From positions 64,007 to 128,006 of the forward strand of contig CAVPOU010000013.1 in assembly GCA_963707125.1 (NCBI GenBank): 64,000 nt of DNA. The letters are read 5' to 3'. The stretch's first letter is position 1, and each line of letters starts with the position of its first letter. The stretch comes from an uncultured delta proteobacterium (lineage in GTDB: Bacteria > Desulfobacterota > DSM-4660 > Desulfatiglandales > HGW-15). Positions 18,384 to 28,056 of the stretch are shown here, one piece after another. The position numbers were made by a program, and so were the translations under genes. The notes beneath the pieces were generated by a model. The model was not told where the DNA came from. It did no database searches and saw only the letters and a program-made list of their open reading frames with translations.

Positions 18384-19776
18384 GTGACGAGAAAACTGGC
18401 CTTCAAATTAACCCTTTGGTATGCAGGGATATTTTCCGTCTCTTGTTTTGGCGCTCTCATCGTTTTCTATCTCGCCACGGCGTCCGTTATTCGTCACCGA
18501 ACAGATCTTGAACTCTTGAAAGATGCCAAAGAATTTTCGTCTGCCTACATGACAAAAGGCATCGGTGAGCTCAAAGCCGCAATGCTAACCGAAATGGAAT
18601 CCGAAGGGGCCGGTAACATGTTTTTGCGCTTTGTGGATCAGTAAGGGAGAGGAGTTCACCCTCCCAAGCGGATCGGACTGGAGAGACTCTGGCATGGGGA
18701 GAGCGTCCATCAATCGGTTGAGCGGCGGAGAGACCATTTTTTCGAAACCCTTGTTGTCCCGGGTCGTCCATACCCATTTCGGGTCCTTACCTCCAGCATT
18801 GCGCCTGACACTGATCATACAGATAGGACAGTCGCTGGAGGATGACGAGCGGCTGATAGAAGCATGCCGTGAAGTTTTGAGTGTAACACTGGGCCTTATC
18901 GCTGTGTTATCTGCACTGGGTGGTTTTTTGTTTGCCAGACGTGCTCTTGCAGGCGTGGAGGAAGTGACACGGACGGCAAACGAGATATCGAAAGGGGCCT
19001 TTGAACGAAGGGTCGATGTGAAAGGGAGAGGCGAGGAAATTGATACGCTTGCTGAAACGTTCAATCGCATGCTGGGGAAAATCGAGATCCTGATCAAGGG
19101 GATGAAAGAAATGACCGACAACATTGCCCACGACCTCAAGAGCCCGATCACGAGAATCCGCGGTATTGCAGAGGCAGCGTTGACTGGCAACAACTCCCCG
19201 AAGGACTTCGAGCTCATGTCTGGAAGCATTGTTGAAGAGTGTGACCGTCTGCTTGTCATGATCAATACCATGCTGGATATTTCGGAAGCTGAAGCGGGAG
19301 TGGCCAAACTGGCCGTAGAGGAGGTCGACATGGCTCAAGTGGTCCGAGAGGCCTGTGACCTGTTTCAGCCCGTCGCCGAAAACAATCAAGTCCGTATTGT
19401 CCAAAGGCTCACTCAGAACGCCACGATCTCTGGCGACAAAATGAAAATCCAGAGAGCCGTGTCCAACCTTTTGGATAACGCTTTAAAATACACTCCCCAA
19501 GGAGGGACGGTCACAGCTTTGGTCGAAGGAGAAGCCGATCAGGTTGTCCTTTCGGTGAAGGACACCGGCCAGGGAATTTCAGATCGCGACTTGCCGCATA
19601 TTTTTGACCGGTTTTTCAGGGGAGATCGAAGCCGTTCCCTGCCGGGCACAGGGCTGGGCCTCAACTTGACCTTGGCCATTGCCCGGGCACATGGCGGCGA
19701 TGTAGAGGTCACAAGTGTTCCAGGCCAAGGAAGCACATTCGCCATGAGTCTTCCGCGCATCCCCCATCCCCGCTGA
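18384..19776 (+). pseudogene. CusS/BaeS-like sensor histidine kinase interrupted by a frameshift near 18640
   Basis: The N-terminal 86 aa (..NMFLRFVDQ*) and the 381 aa remainder (SKGEEFTLPS.. HAMP, H-box NIAHDLKSPIT, G-boxes) are in different frames. Removing one base gives FLRFVDSKGEEF. Confidence 0.75.
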
Positions 19777-19797
19777 TTCCCTCCTTTTTCACTAAGT

Positions 19798-19815
19798 TAT
19801 TACCAAACGGTAATA
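19798..19815. promoter_or_regulatory. conserved palindromic box TATTACC-N4-GGTAATA (copy 1)
   Basis: Perfect 7-4-7 palindrome lying 32 nt upstream of TATGAT (19848-19853). The whole ~60 nt stretch is conserved at 29437-29492. Confidence 0.4.
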
Positions 19816-19848
19816 TCTTCGTCATCTTCCGGTTAACTTTCCCTCTCT

Positions 19849-20055
19849 ATGATCTCGTCATCAACCTTTAGAGCGCCGCTTGTGGTGACAGGGGACAAGA
19901 GGCGCGATCTGATCGTGAACACCCAGATGTGGACTGATGCATGCGAAGCGATCATTCGTGAGCATCCGGAACAATGGCTGTGGATGACGAGACGCTGGAA
20001 AAGGCAGCCTAAAGGGGAGACCCTGGAGGCTTGCGTGGCTGCCCTACGAAACTGA
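19849..20055 (+). pseudogene. C-terminal fragment of an LpxL/HtrB-type lipid A acyltransferase
   Basis: The tail ..AIIREHPEQWLWMTRRWK matches the conserved end of lysophospholipid/lipid A acyltransferases. The N-terminal body is missing. Confidence 0.45.
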
Positions 20056-20154
20056 GCACGGCACTGGCCCGAAGAAGATCCCAAGCAATCTGCCGATTGA
20101 GTTAGCGCTAAACCCTCCTACTCAGGCGAAGGTCCCTCGGGTAGGTTCTACCGA

Positions 20155-20197
20155 TCTCTCATTCCCCTCCCCAGGCGGGAGGGGTTGGGAGATGGGG
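20155..20197. repeat. REP-C hairpin copy
   Basis: tctctcattcccctcccc-aggc-gggaggggttgggaga. Confidence 0.55.
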
Positions 20198-20314
20198 CTT
20201 CCTGATGCAGCCGCTCTGCGGCTGGAGCCTCACTACCCTTGATAAGCTCTCTCCTATGCAGGTTGAGTGTGTTCAGGCGTCTTTTTAAGCACGACTCCAG
20301 ATGAAGGTGCCATA

Positions 20315-20458
20315 ATGATGACAAGGGCAAAAGGCCGTGCGTCCTTGCTACCGATGCTCGGTCTCTTTTTCACTCTTATCACGGGTTGCGGAACCTTTGA
20401 GAACGGTCAGGGGGGCCAGGATGCCCTCTACCCGGTTTCCTGTTCTGAGAAAACATAG
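20315..20458 (+). pseudogene. 5' fragment of a PAP2 lipoprotein paralogue (compare 31363-32181)
   Basis: MMTRAKGRASLLPMLGLFFTLITGCGTFENGQGGQDALYPV parallels MLRKAKNPVPLLLILGFLTILITGCGTLENGRGWGQDAIYPV. Homology ends at about 20437, followed by a stop. Confidence 0.6.
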
Positions 20459-20476
20459 TAATATTGTATACAGAAT

Positions 20477-21610
20477 ATGGTAATAGCGAATAACATAAAA
20501 TCCATCACGGCATGGAAGAGTTTCAGGCAGCGCCCGCTTATTATTGCAGGCCCTTGCAGTGCCGAAACGGAAGAGCAGATCATGAATACAGCCAGGCAAT
20601 TGGCTGAAACAGTCAAAGTGGACATATTCAGGGCAGGCATCTGGAAACCCCGCACCAGGCCCACTGACTTCCAAGGCGTTGGCGTCAACGGGTTGAAATG
20701 GCTGAAGCAGGTGAAACAGGAATTCAATCTGCCTGTTGCTACTGAAGTAGCTACTGAAAAGCATGTTTATGAAGCATTGAAATATGGCATTGATGTGCTG
20801 TGGATAGGCGCGCGTACTTCTGCCAACCCGTTTGCCGTACAGGAGATAGCCGATGCATTGCATGGCGTTGATGTCACTGTGCTGATCAAGAATCCGATCA
20901 ATCCCGACCTGGAATTGTGGATTGGCGCCATCGAACGTGTGCATAAGGCAGGCATTAATACAATAGGCGTAATACACCGCGGATTCTCCAGCTATGAGAA
21001 AACACAGTACCGTAATCTGCCCAAGTGGCAGATGCCCATCGAACTCATGAGGCGCATACCCAATCTGCCTATAATCTGCGATCCCAGCCATATGGCAGGA
21101 GATACCTTATACCTCCGTGAGATCTCGCAGAAAGCCATTGACCTGAACTTCGACGGACTGATGATCGAATCACATATTGACCCGGCCCATGCATGGAGTG
21201 ATGCGCAGCAGCAGATCATGCCTAATGAACTGCTGGAACTTCTTAGCCGGCTGGTCATGCGCGTACCCGTATCAAACGACAGTAAATTCCTCGATCTGCT
21301 GGATGAGCTGAGAACACAGATCGATCTCTATGACGACCAGCTTCTCGACTTGATGGAACAGCGCATGAAGGTGGCTGAAACCATCGGGAAATATAAAAGG
21401 GAGAATAACATCACCATCCTTCAGACAAGCCGTTGGGACCAGATCATACGGAAGGCTGTTGAGAAAGGCGCCAAAAAGGGGCTTGGCCCTGAATTTATTG
21501 ATAAGCTGTTCAAAGCGATCCACCAGGAATCAATCAATCACCAGATGGAAGTGATGAATAAATCAAACGAGAATAACGCGGCAGCACCGAAGAAGAATGA
21601 AAAAAATTGA
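20477..21610 (+). CDS. aroG: bifunctional DAHP synthase (class I-beta) / chorismate mutase (AroQ, C-terminal)
   Basis: The DAHP synthase part shows IAGPCSAETEEQ, FRAGIWKPRTRPTDFQGVG and ICDPSH. The C-terminal domain is CM-II-like (LRTQIDLYDDQLLDLMEQRMKVAETIGKYK). Confidence 0.85.
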   Translation: MVIANNIKSITAWKSFRQRPLIIAGPCSAETEEQIMNTARQLAETVKVDIFRAGIWKPRTRPTDFQGVGVNGLKWLKQVKQEFNLPVATEVATEKHVYEALKYGIDVLWIGARTSANPFAVQEIADALHGVDVTVLIKNPINPDLELWIGAIERVHKAGINTIGVIHRGFSSYEKTQYRNLPKWQMPIELMRRIPNLPIICDPSHMAGDTLYLREISQKAIDLNFDGLMIESHIDPAHAWSDAQQQIMPNELLELLSRLVMRVPVSNDSKFLDLLDELRTQIDLYDDQLLDLMEQRMKVAETIGKYKRENNITILQTSRWDQIIRKAVEKGAKKGLGPEFIDKLFKAIHQESINHQMEVMNKSNENNAAAPKKNEKN

Positions 21611-22643
21611 AATACACGGATCAGGCAGAACATCGGTCATTTTTGTAGGCGAACGCATAACAAAATTATCCAGTTACCTGCCCCATGGCAAGGTGATTAT
21701 CATCACGGATAAAAATGTGCATCGCTTGTATCATAAGGAATTGGCCGGATATCCCGTCATCGCAATCAGTTTGGGAGAAAAGAATAAAACCTTACAGACC
21801 GTTGAATATATCTATAAAAAGCTAGTCGAGTTGGATGCCGACCGTTCTACATTCATCGTGGGTTTCGGGGGCGGCCTTGTTTGTGATATCACAGGTTTTG
21901 CAGCATCAACATATATGCGCGGACTGCGGTTTGCTTTTGTTCCCACGACCTTGCTTGCGCAGGTAGATGCCAGCGTAGGTGGCAAGAACGGCGTTAATTT
22001 CAACGGGTTTAAAAACATGATCGGTGTGTTCAATCAGCCTGAATTCGTCATATGCGACATGAACATGCTGAAGACACTGCCGAAAAAGGAGATCCTGTGC
22101 GGTTTTGCTGAAATAGTAAAACACGCGTTGATAGCCGATGCGAACATGTTTAATTTCCTAGAGAATAACTTAAGGAAAGCGGTTGCCCTCAACAGCAGAA
22201 TAATTGAAGAACTGGTCTACATGTCTGCTGTTATTAAATCAGAGGTTGTTAACCAGGATGAGCGCGAGAAAGGTTTGCGGAGGATATTGAATTTCGGACA
22301 TACTCTTGGCCATGCCATTGAGAAATGTTCCAACAGATACTCGCACGGAGAAGCTGTAAGCATCGGCATGGTAGCCATATCCGCTTTGTCGGTGAGAAAA
22401 GGATGGCTAAAACCCGAAGAATACACCAGGATTGAAACGCTTATCCGTTCGATCGGCCTGCCGGTGCATGTTCGCATTCCAGCCAGCAGCATTGAAGAAG
22501 CCATGCGAAAAGACAAGAAGAGAGAAGGTAAGAGTATCCACGTCGTATGCCTCAAGGGCATTGGCAATACAACTGTTGCGAAAATAGACGTGGGCAAATT
22601 GCCCGCCTTGTTAACCGGAAATGATCTTTTTTATAAACATTAA
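21597..22643 (+). CDS. aroB: 3-dehydroquinate synthase
   Basis: GGGLVCDITGFAASTYMRGLRFAFVPTTLLAQVDASVGGKNGVNF; LNFGHTLGHAIE. Confidence 0.9.
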   Translation: MKKIEIHGSGRTSVIFVGERITKLSSYLPHGKVIIITDKNVHRLYHKELAGYPVIAISLGEKNKTLQTVEYIYKKLVELDADRSTFIVGFGGGLVCDITGFAASTYMRGLRFAFVPTTLLAQVDASVGGKNGVNFNGFKNMIGVFNQPEFVICDMNMLKTLPKKEILCGFAEIVKHALIADANMFNFLENNLRKAVALNSRIIEELVYMSAVIKSEVVNQDEREKGLRRILNFGHTLGHAIEKCSNRYSHGEAVSIGMVAISALSVRKGWLKPEEYTRIETLIRSIGLPVHVRIPASSIEEAMRKDKKREGKSIHVVCLKGIGNTTVAKIDVGKLPALLTGNDLFYKH

Positions 22644-22655
22644 CCGGTTATCCAT

Positions 22656-23306
22656 ATGTTATGTGTTTCAATTTCTGAACCGTCAGTGAAAAAGATCCTC
22701 AACCTTATAAAGAAGTCTGAGATTGCAGAGGTTCGCCTTGATCTGATGGATCTGAGTGATCAGGATATTGAGAAAGTATTTTCAGGCGGAGGCAAGATCA
22801 TTGCCACGTGCCTTTCCGGCAAATTCAGCGATGAACAGCGGAAGAACAAACTCAAGAAAGCCATCGAGTCAGGCGCTTCCTACGTGGATATCGAGCTTGA
22901 TGCACCAGATGGTTTCAAAAAAGAATTGGTATCAGCGGCACACAAACGTAACTGCAAGGTGATCTTATCCTATCATAATTTCACTGGAACACCGCCGACG
23001 GATGAGTTGAGCAAGATGGTTGATGCTAGTTTTGCAGAGGGGGCGGATATTGCCAAGATTGCGTGCCTTGCCAACAGCGAAGCGGATGCTCTGAGAATAC
23101 TTTCGCTTTATACGAAACACAAGAACCTCGTGGCATTGGGCATGGGAGAAAACGGAAGGATCACACGTGTGGCCTCATTGCTGATGGGTGCTCCGTTTTC
23201 TTACGTGTCGACCGGTACAGCCAAAGAAACTGCACCCGGACAGATAACCGAGAAACAGATGAAAAAAGTAATGGAAGGATTGGCAAAGGGAGCTTCAATC
23301 AAGTAA
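22656..23306 (+). CDS. aroD: type I 3-dehydroquinate dehydratase
   Basis: AEVRLDLM, YVDIELD and ILSYHNFTGTP are present, and the length is typical. Confidence 0.8.
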   Translation: MLCVSISEPSVKKILNLIKKSEIAEVRLDLMDLSDQDIEKVFSGGGKIIATCLSGKFSDEQRKNKLKKAIESGASYVDIELDAPDGFKKELVSAAHKRNCKVILSYHNFTGTPPTDELSKMVDASFAEGADIAKIACLANSEADALRILSLYTKHKNLVALGMGENGRITRVASLLMGAPFSYVSTGTAKETAPGQITEKQMKKVMEGLAKGASIK

Positions 23307-23484
23307 TGATGTGGACAATGGCTGCCTAACTATTTGCCGCTTTTATTAAGGGTGTGACGGCAAGCTTCCTCTGGAATCTTTTTGAGTTTAATAAATGTAA
23401 AGTTGAATGGAACGCAAACTTGGTTATCACTTCGATCATGGGTGCTGTGTTGTTTCTGAGCAGAACAACAAGTAAAAATCAACA

Positions 23485-24789
23485 ATGAAAATGTTCGCAG
23501 TTACGGGCGATCCCATCCTTCACAGCAAGAGTCCGGACATTTTCGGAGCTGTGTTCACGAAAAATGGCATAGATGCAGCGTATTTTCGCCTGGCAGCTGA
23601 CACGGCGGCTGAAGCCGTGGAGCTGGTGAAGGCGCTGGAGCTATCAGGCTTGAATGTTACCGCACCTTACAAGGGCGATGTCATCGCGTTCCTGGACGAA
23701 ATAGATGGAGATGCGGAAAAGATTCATGCAGTCAATACGATCGTGAATGATAATGGCCGGCTGAAAGGCTACAACACCGATTATATCGGAGTTATTGAGT
23801 CGTTCAGGGATAAAAATATAGACGTAAAAGACAAGGCCTGCGTCGTTATCGGCGCTGGAGGGGCTGGAAGAGCCGCTCTTTACGGCATTCATAAAGCAGG
23901 CGCGGATTGCACCGTCATTGATATTGATGAGAAGCTGGCTGAACGCGTTGCCCGTGAATCCGGATGCAATGCCGCAAAATACGATCAGCTTGGATCACGC
24001 GTCATATCCTCCGATATTGTCGTTTATGCAGTGGATGCCTCTACAATCAAAATATTGAAAGAGGAATCGATCAGGCCGGAGCAGGTAATTTACGACATGA
24101 ATTACAAACAGTCATTCCTTACGGAACTGGCCGGTAAAAAGGGATGCCGCCTGGTGACCGGCGCCGATATGCTCATCAACCAGGCGATACCGGCATATAA
24201 ATATTTTCTCGGGAATGATCCGGATAAAGAAGTAATGTGGGAAGGATTCCATACCAAACCATTAACCAAAAAACTAGAAGCAATCGCCCTTGTTGGTTTT
24301 ATGGCTACAGGGAAAACAAGTGTTGGAATTGCTCTTGCGCAGAAATTCGGATATGAGTTCATTGAGCTGGATGACCTGATCGTTAAGACTACAGGGATGA
24401 CGATAGCAGATATGTTCAGGATAAAAGGTGAACCGGCCTTCCGGGCCATTGAAAGAGATATTCTAAACCAAGAGATAAACAGGACAAATGTTGTTGTCTC
24501 GTGCGGAGGAGGCATTGTCATTTATCCGGAGAACAGGCGTATCCTTAAGGAGAACTTTTTGACGGTTTGGCTTTATAATTCTATTGAAACAAGCGTGAAA
24601 CGCGGGAACGACGGGACAAGGCCTTTGCTGATTGTTGATAATCCCGTTGAAACAGCAAGAAACCTTTTCAACAACCGAAAAGGATATTATGCCGGTGCCG
24701 CAGACATGATGGTGAATACTGAGAATAAACAAGTGGAAACAATCGTACACAAAATCTATGCAGAGATTAGTAAGGCCTTCGGACATTAA
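23485..24789 (+). CDS. aroE-aroK: fused shikimate dehydrogenase / shikimate kinase
   Basis: The N-terminal part shows SKSP..F and GLNVTAPYK...HAVNTIV. The C-terminal part has the P-loop LVGFMATGKTSVG with the FIELDD shikimate-kinase layout. Confidence 0.85.
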   Translation: MKMFAVTGDPILHSKSPDIFGAVFTKNGIDAAYFRLAADTAAEAVELVKALELSGLNVTAPYKGDVIAFLDEIDGDAEKIHAVNTIVNDNGRLKGYNTDYIGVIESFRDKNIDVKDKACVVIGAGGAGRAALYGIHKAGADCTVIDIDEKLAERVARESGCNAAKYDQLGSRVISSDIVVYAVDASTIKILKEESIRPEQVIYDMNYKQSFLTELAGKKGCRLVTGADMLINQAIPAYKYFLGNDPDKEVMWEGFHTKPLTKKLEAIALVGFMATGKTSVGIALAQKFGYEFIELDDLIVKTTGMTIADMFRIKGEPAFRAIERDILNQEINRTNVVVSCGGGIVIYPENRRILKENFLTVWLYNSIETSVKRGNDGTRPLLIVDNPVETARNLFNNRKGYYAGAADMMVNTENKQVETIVHKIYAEISKAFGH

Positions 24790-26005
24790 AGGTACAATCA
24801 AGGCGCCGACGTCAAAGAGCATGATGCAGCGAAGTGTGGCCGCCGCTTTATTGGCGGACGGCCGCACCGTTCTCCGTAACCCGGCGCTGTGCGACGATTC
24901 AATGGCGGCACTGGATATTGCACGCAGACTGGGCGCAGTGATAGAAATCAAAAAAAATGAAGTCCTTATCAAAGGCGGCTTTGCCCCCAATGAAGATCAT
25001 GTTAACTGTCATGAATCGGGCTTGTGTATGCGGATGTTCGCCCCTATTGCTTCACTTCATAACTCACCAATCACGATCAACGGCAGCGGCTCCTTGCTCA
25101 AACGGCCTGTTGGTATGATCGAAGACGCCCTGAAGCAGTTGGGCGTGGAATGCAAAACAAACATCGGGTTGATGCCTGTTACCGTGAAAGGCCCCCTACA
25201 TGGCGGAAGAGCCATGATTGACGGATCAGTCAGTTCACAACTTCTGACCGGCTTGCTGATGGCATTGCCCTTGGTCGAGAGTAAATCGCAGCTCATGGTG
25301 GATGACCTTAAGAGCAAACCTTATATTGATATGACTTTGCAGGTATTGTCGGAGTTTGGTATTGAAGTAGAGAACATGGATTATGAAGCGTTCAACATCC
25401 CTGGAAAACAGAGATACCATGCGCGCGATCATAGTGTGGAGGGCGACTGGAGCGGCGCGTCATTCCTGCTTGTGGCTGCAGCACTGTCCGGTCAGGTGAA
25501 AGTAATCATGCTGCAGAAGAAAAGCGGGCAGCCGGACAAAGCCATTGTGGAAGTACTCCGGAAAACCGGGGCGGTGGTAGACGTCAAAGAGAACAGTATC
25601 GAGGTTAAAAAGAATATGTTAAATGCGTTTGAATTTGATGCCACCGAATGCCCCGACCTGTTCCCGCCACTGGTGGCGCTTGCCGCGCATTGCAATGGCA
25701 TCACAACTATCAAAGGCGCCGAACGCCTTAAACATAAAGAAAGCGACCGTGCCGTAGCACTTCGCGAAGAATTTGGTAAATTAGGTGCTGATATCAGGGT
25801 TGATGGCGATGAGATGATCATCAGGGGGGGGCAGGTGAAAGGGGGCAAGGTGAATTCGCATAATGACCACCGGATAGCCATGGCAGCCGCCGTTACGGCT
25901 GTCGCCGCTCAAAGCGAAGTGATCATCGATGGGGCACAATGCGTTGCTAAATCCTATCCTGCGTTTTTTGATGACATGGATAAGATCATGGTTCCTTCAT
26001 TATGA
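24758..26005 (+). CDS. aroA: EPSP synthase (3-phosphoshikimate 1-carboxyvinyltransferase)
   Basis: KAPTSKSMMQR, LKHKESDR and NDHRIAMAAAV are present. It overlaps aroE-aroK by 32 nt. Confidence 0.9.
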   Translation: MQRLVRPSDIKGTIKAPTSKSMMQRSVAAALLADGRTVLRNPALCDDSMAALDIARRLGAVIEIKKNEVLIKGGFAPNEDHVNCHESGLCMRMFAPIASLHNSPITINGSGSLLKRPVGMIEDALKQLGVECKTNIGLMPVTVKGPLHGGRAMIDGSVSSQLLTGLLMALPLVESKSQLMVDDLKSKPYIDMTLQVLSEFGIEVENMDYEAFNIPGKQRYHARDHSVEGDWSGASFLLVAAALSGQVKVIMLQKKSGQPDKAIVEVLRKTGAVVDVKENSIEVKKNMLNAFEFDATECPDLFPPLVALAAHCNGITTIKGAERLKHKESDRAVALREEFGKLGADIRVDGDEMIIRGGQVKGGKVNSHNDHRIAMAAAVTAVAAQSEVIIDGAQCVAKSYPAFFDDMDKIMVPSL

Positions 26006-26041
26006 TATAAATTGACAGCAGGTAAATAAAAATACAATCTT

Positions 26042-27022
26042 ATGAATTCCTTCGGAAGAATATTCAGAATAAGCATCTTCGGCGAATCTCATGGGAAGGG
26101 CGTGGGAGTTGTCGTTGACGGCTGTCCGCCAGGCATAACGCTTGCTGAAAAAGATCTCGAAGCCGACCTCGCCCGCCGCAAAAGCGGAGCAAAAGGCACT
26201 ACATCCCGCAGGGAGGATGATAAACCCATTTTCCTGAGCGGCGTGCACGACGGCAAGACAACGGGCAGCCCGATTGCCGTCCTGTTTCATAACGCCGACG
26301 TCATCTCATCCGATTATGATCTGTTCAGGGATGTGCCGCGGCCGGGCCATGCCAACTTTGTTGCAAAGAAGAAATACGACGGGTTCAGCGATATCCGCGG
26401 GGGAGGGCATTTCTCGGGCCGCCTGACCCTGGGGCTCGTTACCGCCGGCGTGATAGCAAAGAAGATCATCCATCCCATTCGTGTCAAAGCCGAGCTCATG
26501 GAAGCAGGCGGGAACAAGAATATTGATAAAGCCATTCAGAGGGCCATAGAAAATAATGATTCGATCGGAGGCATTATCGAATGCAGATCACGGAACATGC
26601 CGGTAGGACTGGGCGAGCCATTCTTCGACTCGGTTGAATCGCTCATCAGCCATCTCGTATTTTCTATTCCCGGTGTTAAAGCCATTGAGTTTGGCTCCGG
26701 CTTCAAAGCGGCCGCCATGACAGGCATTCAGCACAATGACCCGATCGTCGCTATCAGTGGAAAAACCAAAACCAACCATGCGGGTGGCATCAACGGAGGC
26801 ATCACCAACAGCAATGAACTTGTGTTCAGGATAGCCGTGAAACCAACGGCAAGCATATCGAAAACACAGCACACAATGAACACAAAGATCATGAAAATGG
26901 TTGATCTTGAAGTGAAAGGCCGCCACGACCTGTGCATAGCCCTGCGTATCCCTGTCATTGTTGAAGCGGCAACAGCCATTGTTCTCGCTGATCTTAGGAT
27001 GATCAACAAAACCGTTTCGTGA
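26042..27022 (+). CDS. aroC: chorismate synthase
   Basis: FGESHGKGVGVVVDGCPPG, RPGHANF, RGGGHFSGR and GRHD are present. Confidence 0.9.
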   Translation: MNSFGRIFRISIFGESHGKGVGVVVDGCPPGITLAEKDLEADLARRKSGAKGTTSRREDDKPIFLSGVHDGKTTGSPIAVLFHNADVISSDYDLFRDVPRPGHANFVAKKKYDGFSDIRGGGHFSGRLTLGLVTAGVIAKKIIHPIRVKAELMEAGGNKNIDKAIQRAIENNDSIGGIIECRSRNMPVGLGEPFFDSVESLISHLVFSIPGVKAIEFGSGFKAAAMTGIQHNDPIVAISGKTKTNHAGGINGGITNSNELVFRIAVKPTASISKTQHTMNTKIMKMVDLEVKGRHDLCIALRIPVIVEAATAIVLADLRMINKTVS

Positions 27023-27050
27023 AGAGGTTACTATATTCTGGCTGCAACGC

Positions 27051-27248
27051 ATGGGGCAGGATGAACTGACGGCAACGCAATATCTTTTGAACGATGCTTA
27101 CGATGTCGTCCTATTAGATATCATGGGGGTAAATGGTTTTGAATTGCTAAGGCTGAGTGCTTCGAGAGGATTTCCAACACTCATGGTGACCACTCATGCT
27201 GTGACCCCAGAAGCGGAGGTCATTAATCCTGCGGGCAAAGCCTCTTGA
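27051..27248 (+). pseudogene. internal fragment of a receiver-domain (REC) protein
   Basis: YDVVLLDIMGVNGFELL...MVTTHAVTPE parallels FDVAVLDIMGVDGYKLL...MLTAHALSPD of the intact regulator at 60961-61446. The N- and C-terminal parts are absent. Confidence 0.5.
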
Positions 27249-27272
27249 CATATAAAATCCTGCTTATATACT
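27245..27272 (+). promoter_or_regulatory. sigma70-like promoter candidate for cmoA
   Basis: TTGACA (27245-27250), a 16 nt spacer, then TATACT (27267-27272), about 50 nt upstream of the cmoA ATG. Confidence 0.4.
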
Positions 27273-27324
27273 GGCTTGAAAAAGGAATTTCTTATCTATA
27301 AATTAGCTTCAAAGGAGAGGTTTC

Positions 27325-28056
27325 ATGTCGTCAAAAAGTGATGCCCTGTTCCGAAGGAAAAAGCGTCAAGTGAAGGATTTCGATTTCGGCAAGGACACGG
27401 CCAAGGTTTTTGACAATATGCTCGACCGCTCCGTCCCGTTCTATACAGAGACCCAGCGAATGATTGGGGAGATGGCGGCCGATTTTGCTGTCTCCGGCAC
27501 CAACCTCTACGATCTGGGATGTTCTACCTGCAATACATTCATTCAGATCGATTCCGTGATAGCCAAGGGTGTGAATTTCATCGGTACGGATTCCTCGGAG
27601 GCGATGCTTGCCAAGGCGAAAGAAAAACTAGCGAGCTATCCAATCAGCCACCCTTGTGAGCTCATCTGTTCAGATCTGAATAAGAGCGTGAGCATTGAAA
27701 ACGCCTCCGTGGTCATTATGAACCTAGTCCTTCAATTTGTCAGACCGCTTCGTCGCCCGCGCGTGGTCGAGGAAGTCGCTTCCGGCATCAATAAGGATGG
27801 ATGTCTCCTCCTGGTTGAGAAGGTGCTCAGTCCGGACTCGACGATCAACAGATTGTTCATCAAATACTACTACGAAATGAAAAAGAGGAACGGCTACTCG
27901 GAGATGGAGATTGCACAAAAAAGGGAAGCCCTCGAAAACGTGTTGATTCCGTACCATTACTTCGAGAACCGGGATCTTCTTGTGGAATGCGGGTTTAGGC
28001 ATTGCGAGATGTTCTTCAGGTGGTATAACTTCTGCGGGATGATAGCCATAAAATGA
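27325..28056 (+). CDS. cmoA: carboxy-S-adenosyl-L-methionine (Cx-SAM) synthase
   Basis: Resembles E. coli CmoA along its whole length as I recall it (F..M..RSVP.Y, LYDLGCS, IENASVVIMNLVLQF, NGYSEMEIAQKREALENVL, NFCGMIAIK). AAAGGAGAGG RBS. Confidence 0.85.
   Translation: MSSKSDALFRRKKRQVKDFDFGKDTAKVFDNMLDRSVPFYTETQRMIGEMAADFAVSGTNLYDLGCSTCNTFIQIDSVIAKGVNFIGTDSSEAMLAKAKEKLASYPISHPCELICSDLNKSVSIENASVVIMNLVLQFVRPLRRPRVVEEVASGINKDGCLLLVEKVLSPDSTINRLFIKYYYEMKKRNGYSEMEIAQKREALENVLIPYHYFENRDLLVECGFRHCEMFFRWYNFCGMIAIK

Noticed and set aside
18645-18845. An alternative reading of the broken kinase as a TAA nonsense mutation plus a later frameshift. The N-terminal frame stays open for 66 codons after the TAA and contains ..PYPFRVL...
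   Set aside because: That translation is R/H-rich and looks off-frame. A single 1 nt change at about 18640 gives a natural junction (FVDSKGEEF) and an uninterrupted 381 aa continuation, so one frameshift is the simpler explanation.
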